A stretch of DNA of 64,000 nt, from positions 153,466,818 through 153,530,817 of the forward strand of contig NC_068983.1 in NCBI RefSeq assembly GCF_001194135.2, written 5' to 3'. The number at the start of each line of letters is the position of its first letter. Within the stretch, counting starts at the first letter, position 1. The DNA comes from Octopus bimaculoides. Its lineage: Eukaryota. Made by a program: the position numbers and the translations under genes. Under the pieces are notes generated by a model. That model saw only the letters and a program-made list of their open reading frames with translations. It had not been told where the DNA came from and did no database searches. Positions 63,922 through 64,000 of this stretch are shown piece after piece.

Positions 63922-64000
63922 ATCTTACTTTTGTTTTAGTCATTAGACTGCGGCTATGCTAGAGTACCGCCTTGAAGACTCTTTGTAGCCGAATGATCCT
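63922..64000 (-). mobile_element. SINE family B 3' end at the window edge
   Basis: GTCATTAGACTGCGGCTATGCTAGAGTACCGCCTT is the reverse complement of the family B tail. Confidence 0.7.

Overview
This is AT-rich, microsatellite-dense eukaryotic DNA from a gapped assembly (22 N-gaps, roughly 9 kb by hand count, most abutting a microsatellite). The SINE families look like those I recall from octopus, so the source is probably Octopus; that is inference. I can support no intact host gene, and all long entries in the ORF track are gap or microsatellite artefacts. The window is a graveyard of mobile elements: more than 20 tRNA-type SINE copies in at least three mosaic families (four copies have clear 14-17 bp TSDs), four R4/Dong-clade non-LTR remnants, an L1/Tx1-clade ORF2 remnant, a Penelope-like RT remnant, Tc1/mariner transposase remnants and TIR elements. 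Best leads: (1) a ~340 bp non-coding element with a Penelope-type minimal hammerhead ribozyme core, inserted with an 11 bp TSD and a 5' inversion into a mariner transposase, plus three further degenerate hammerhead-like motifs; (2) a 592 bp TIR element carrying head-to-head TTAGGG repeats, nested in the Tx1 LINE; (3) all four Dong-like remnants abut (TAA)n with the same polarity; (4) a 165 bp-arm inverted repeat.
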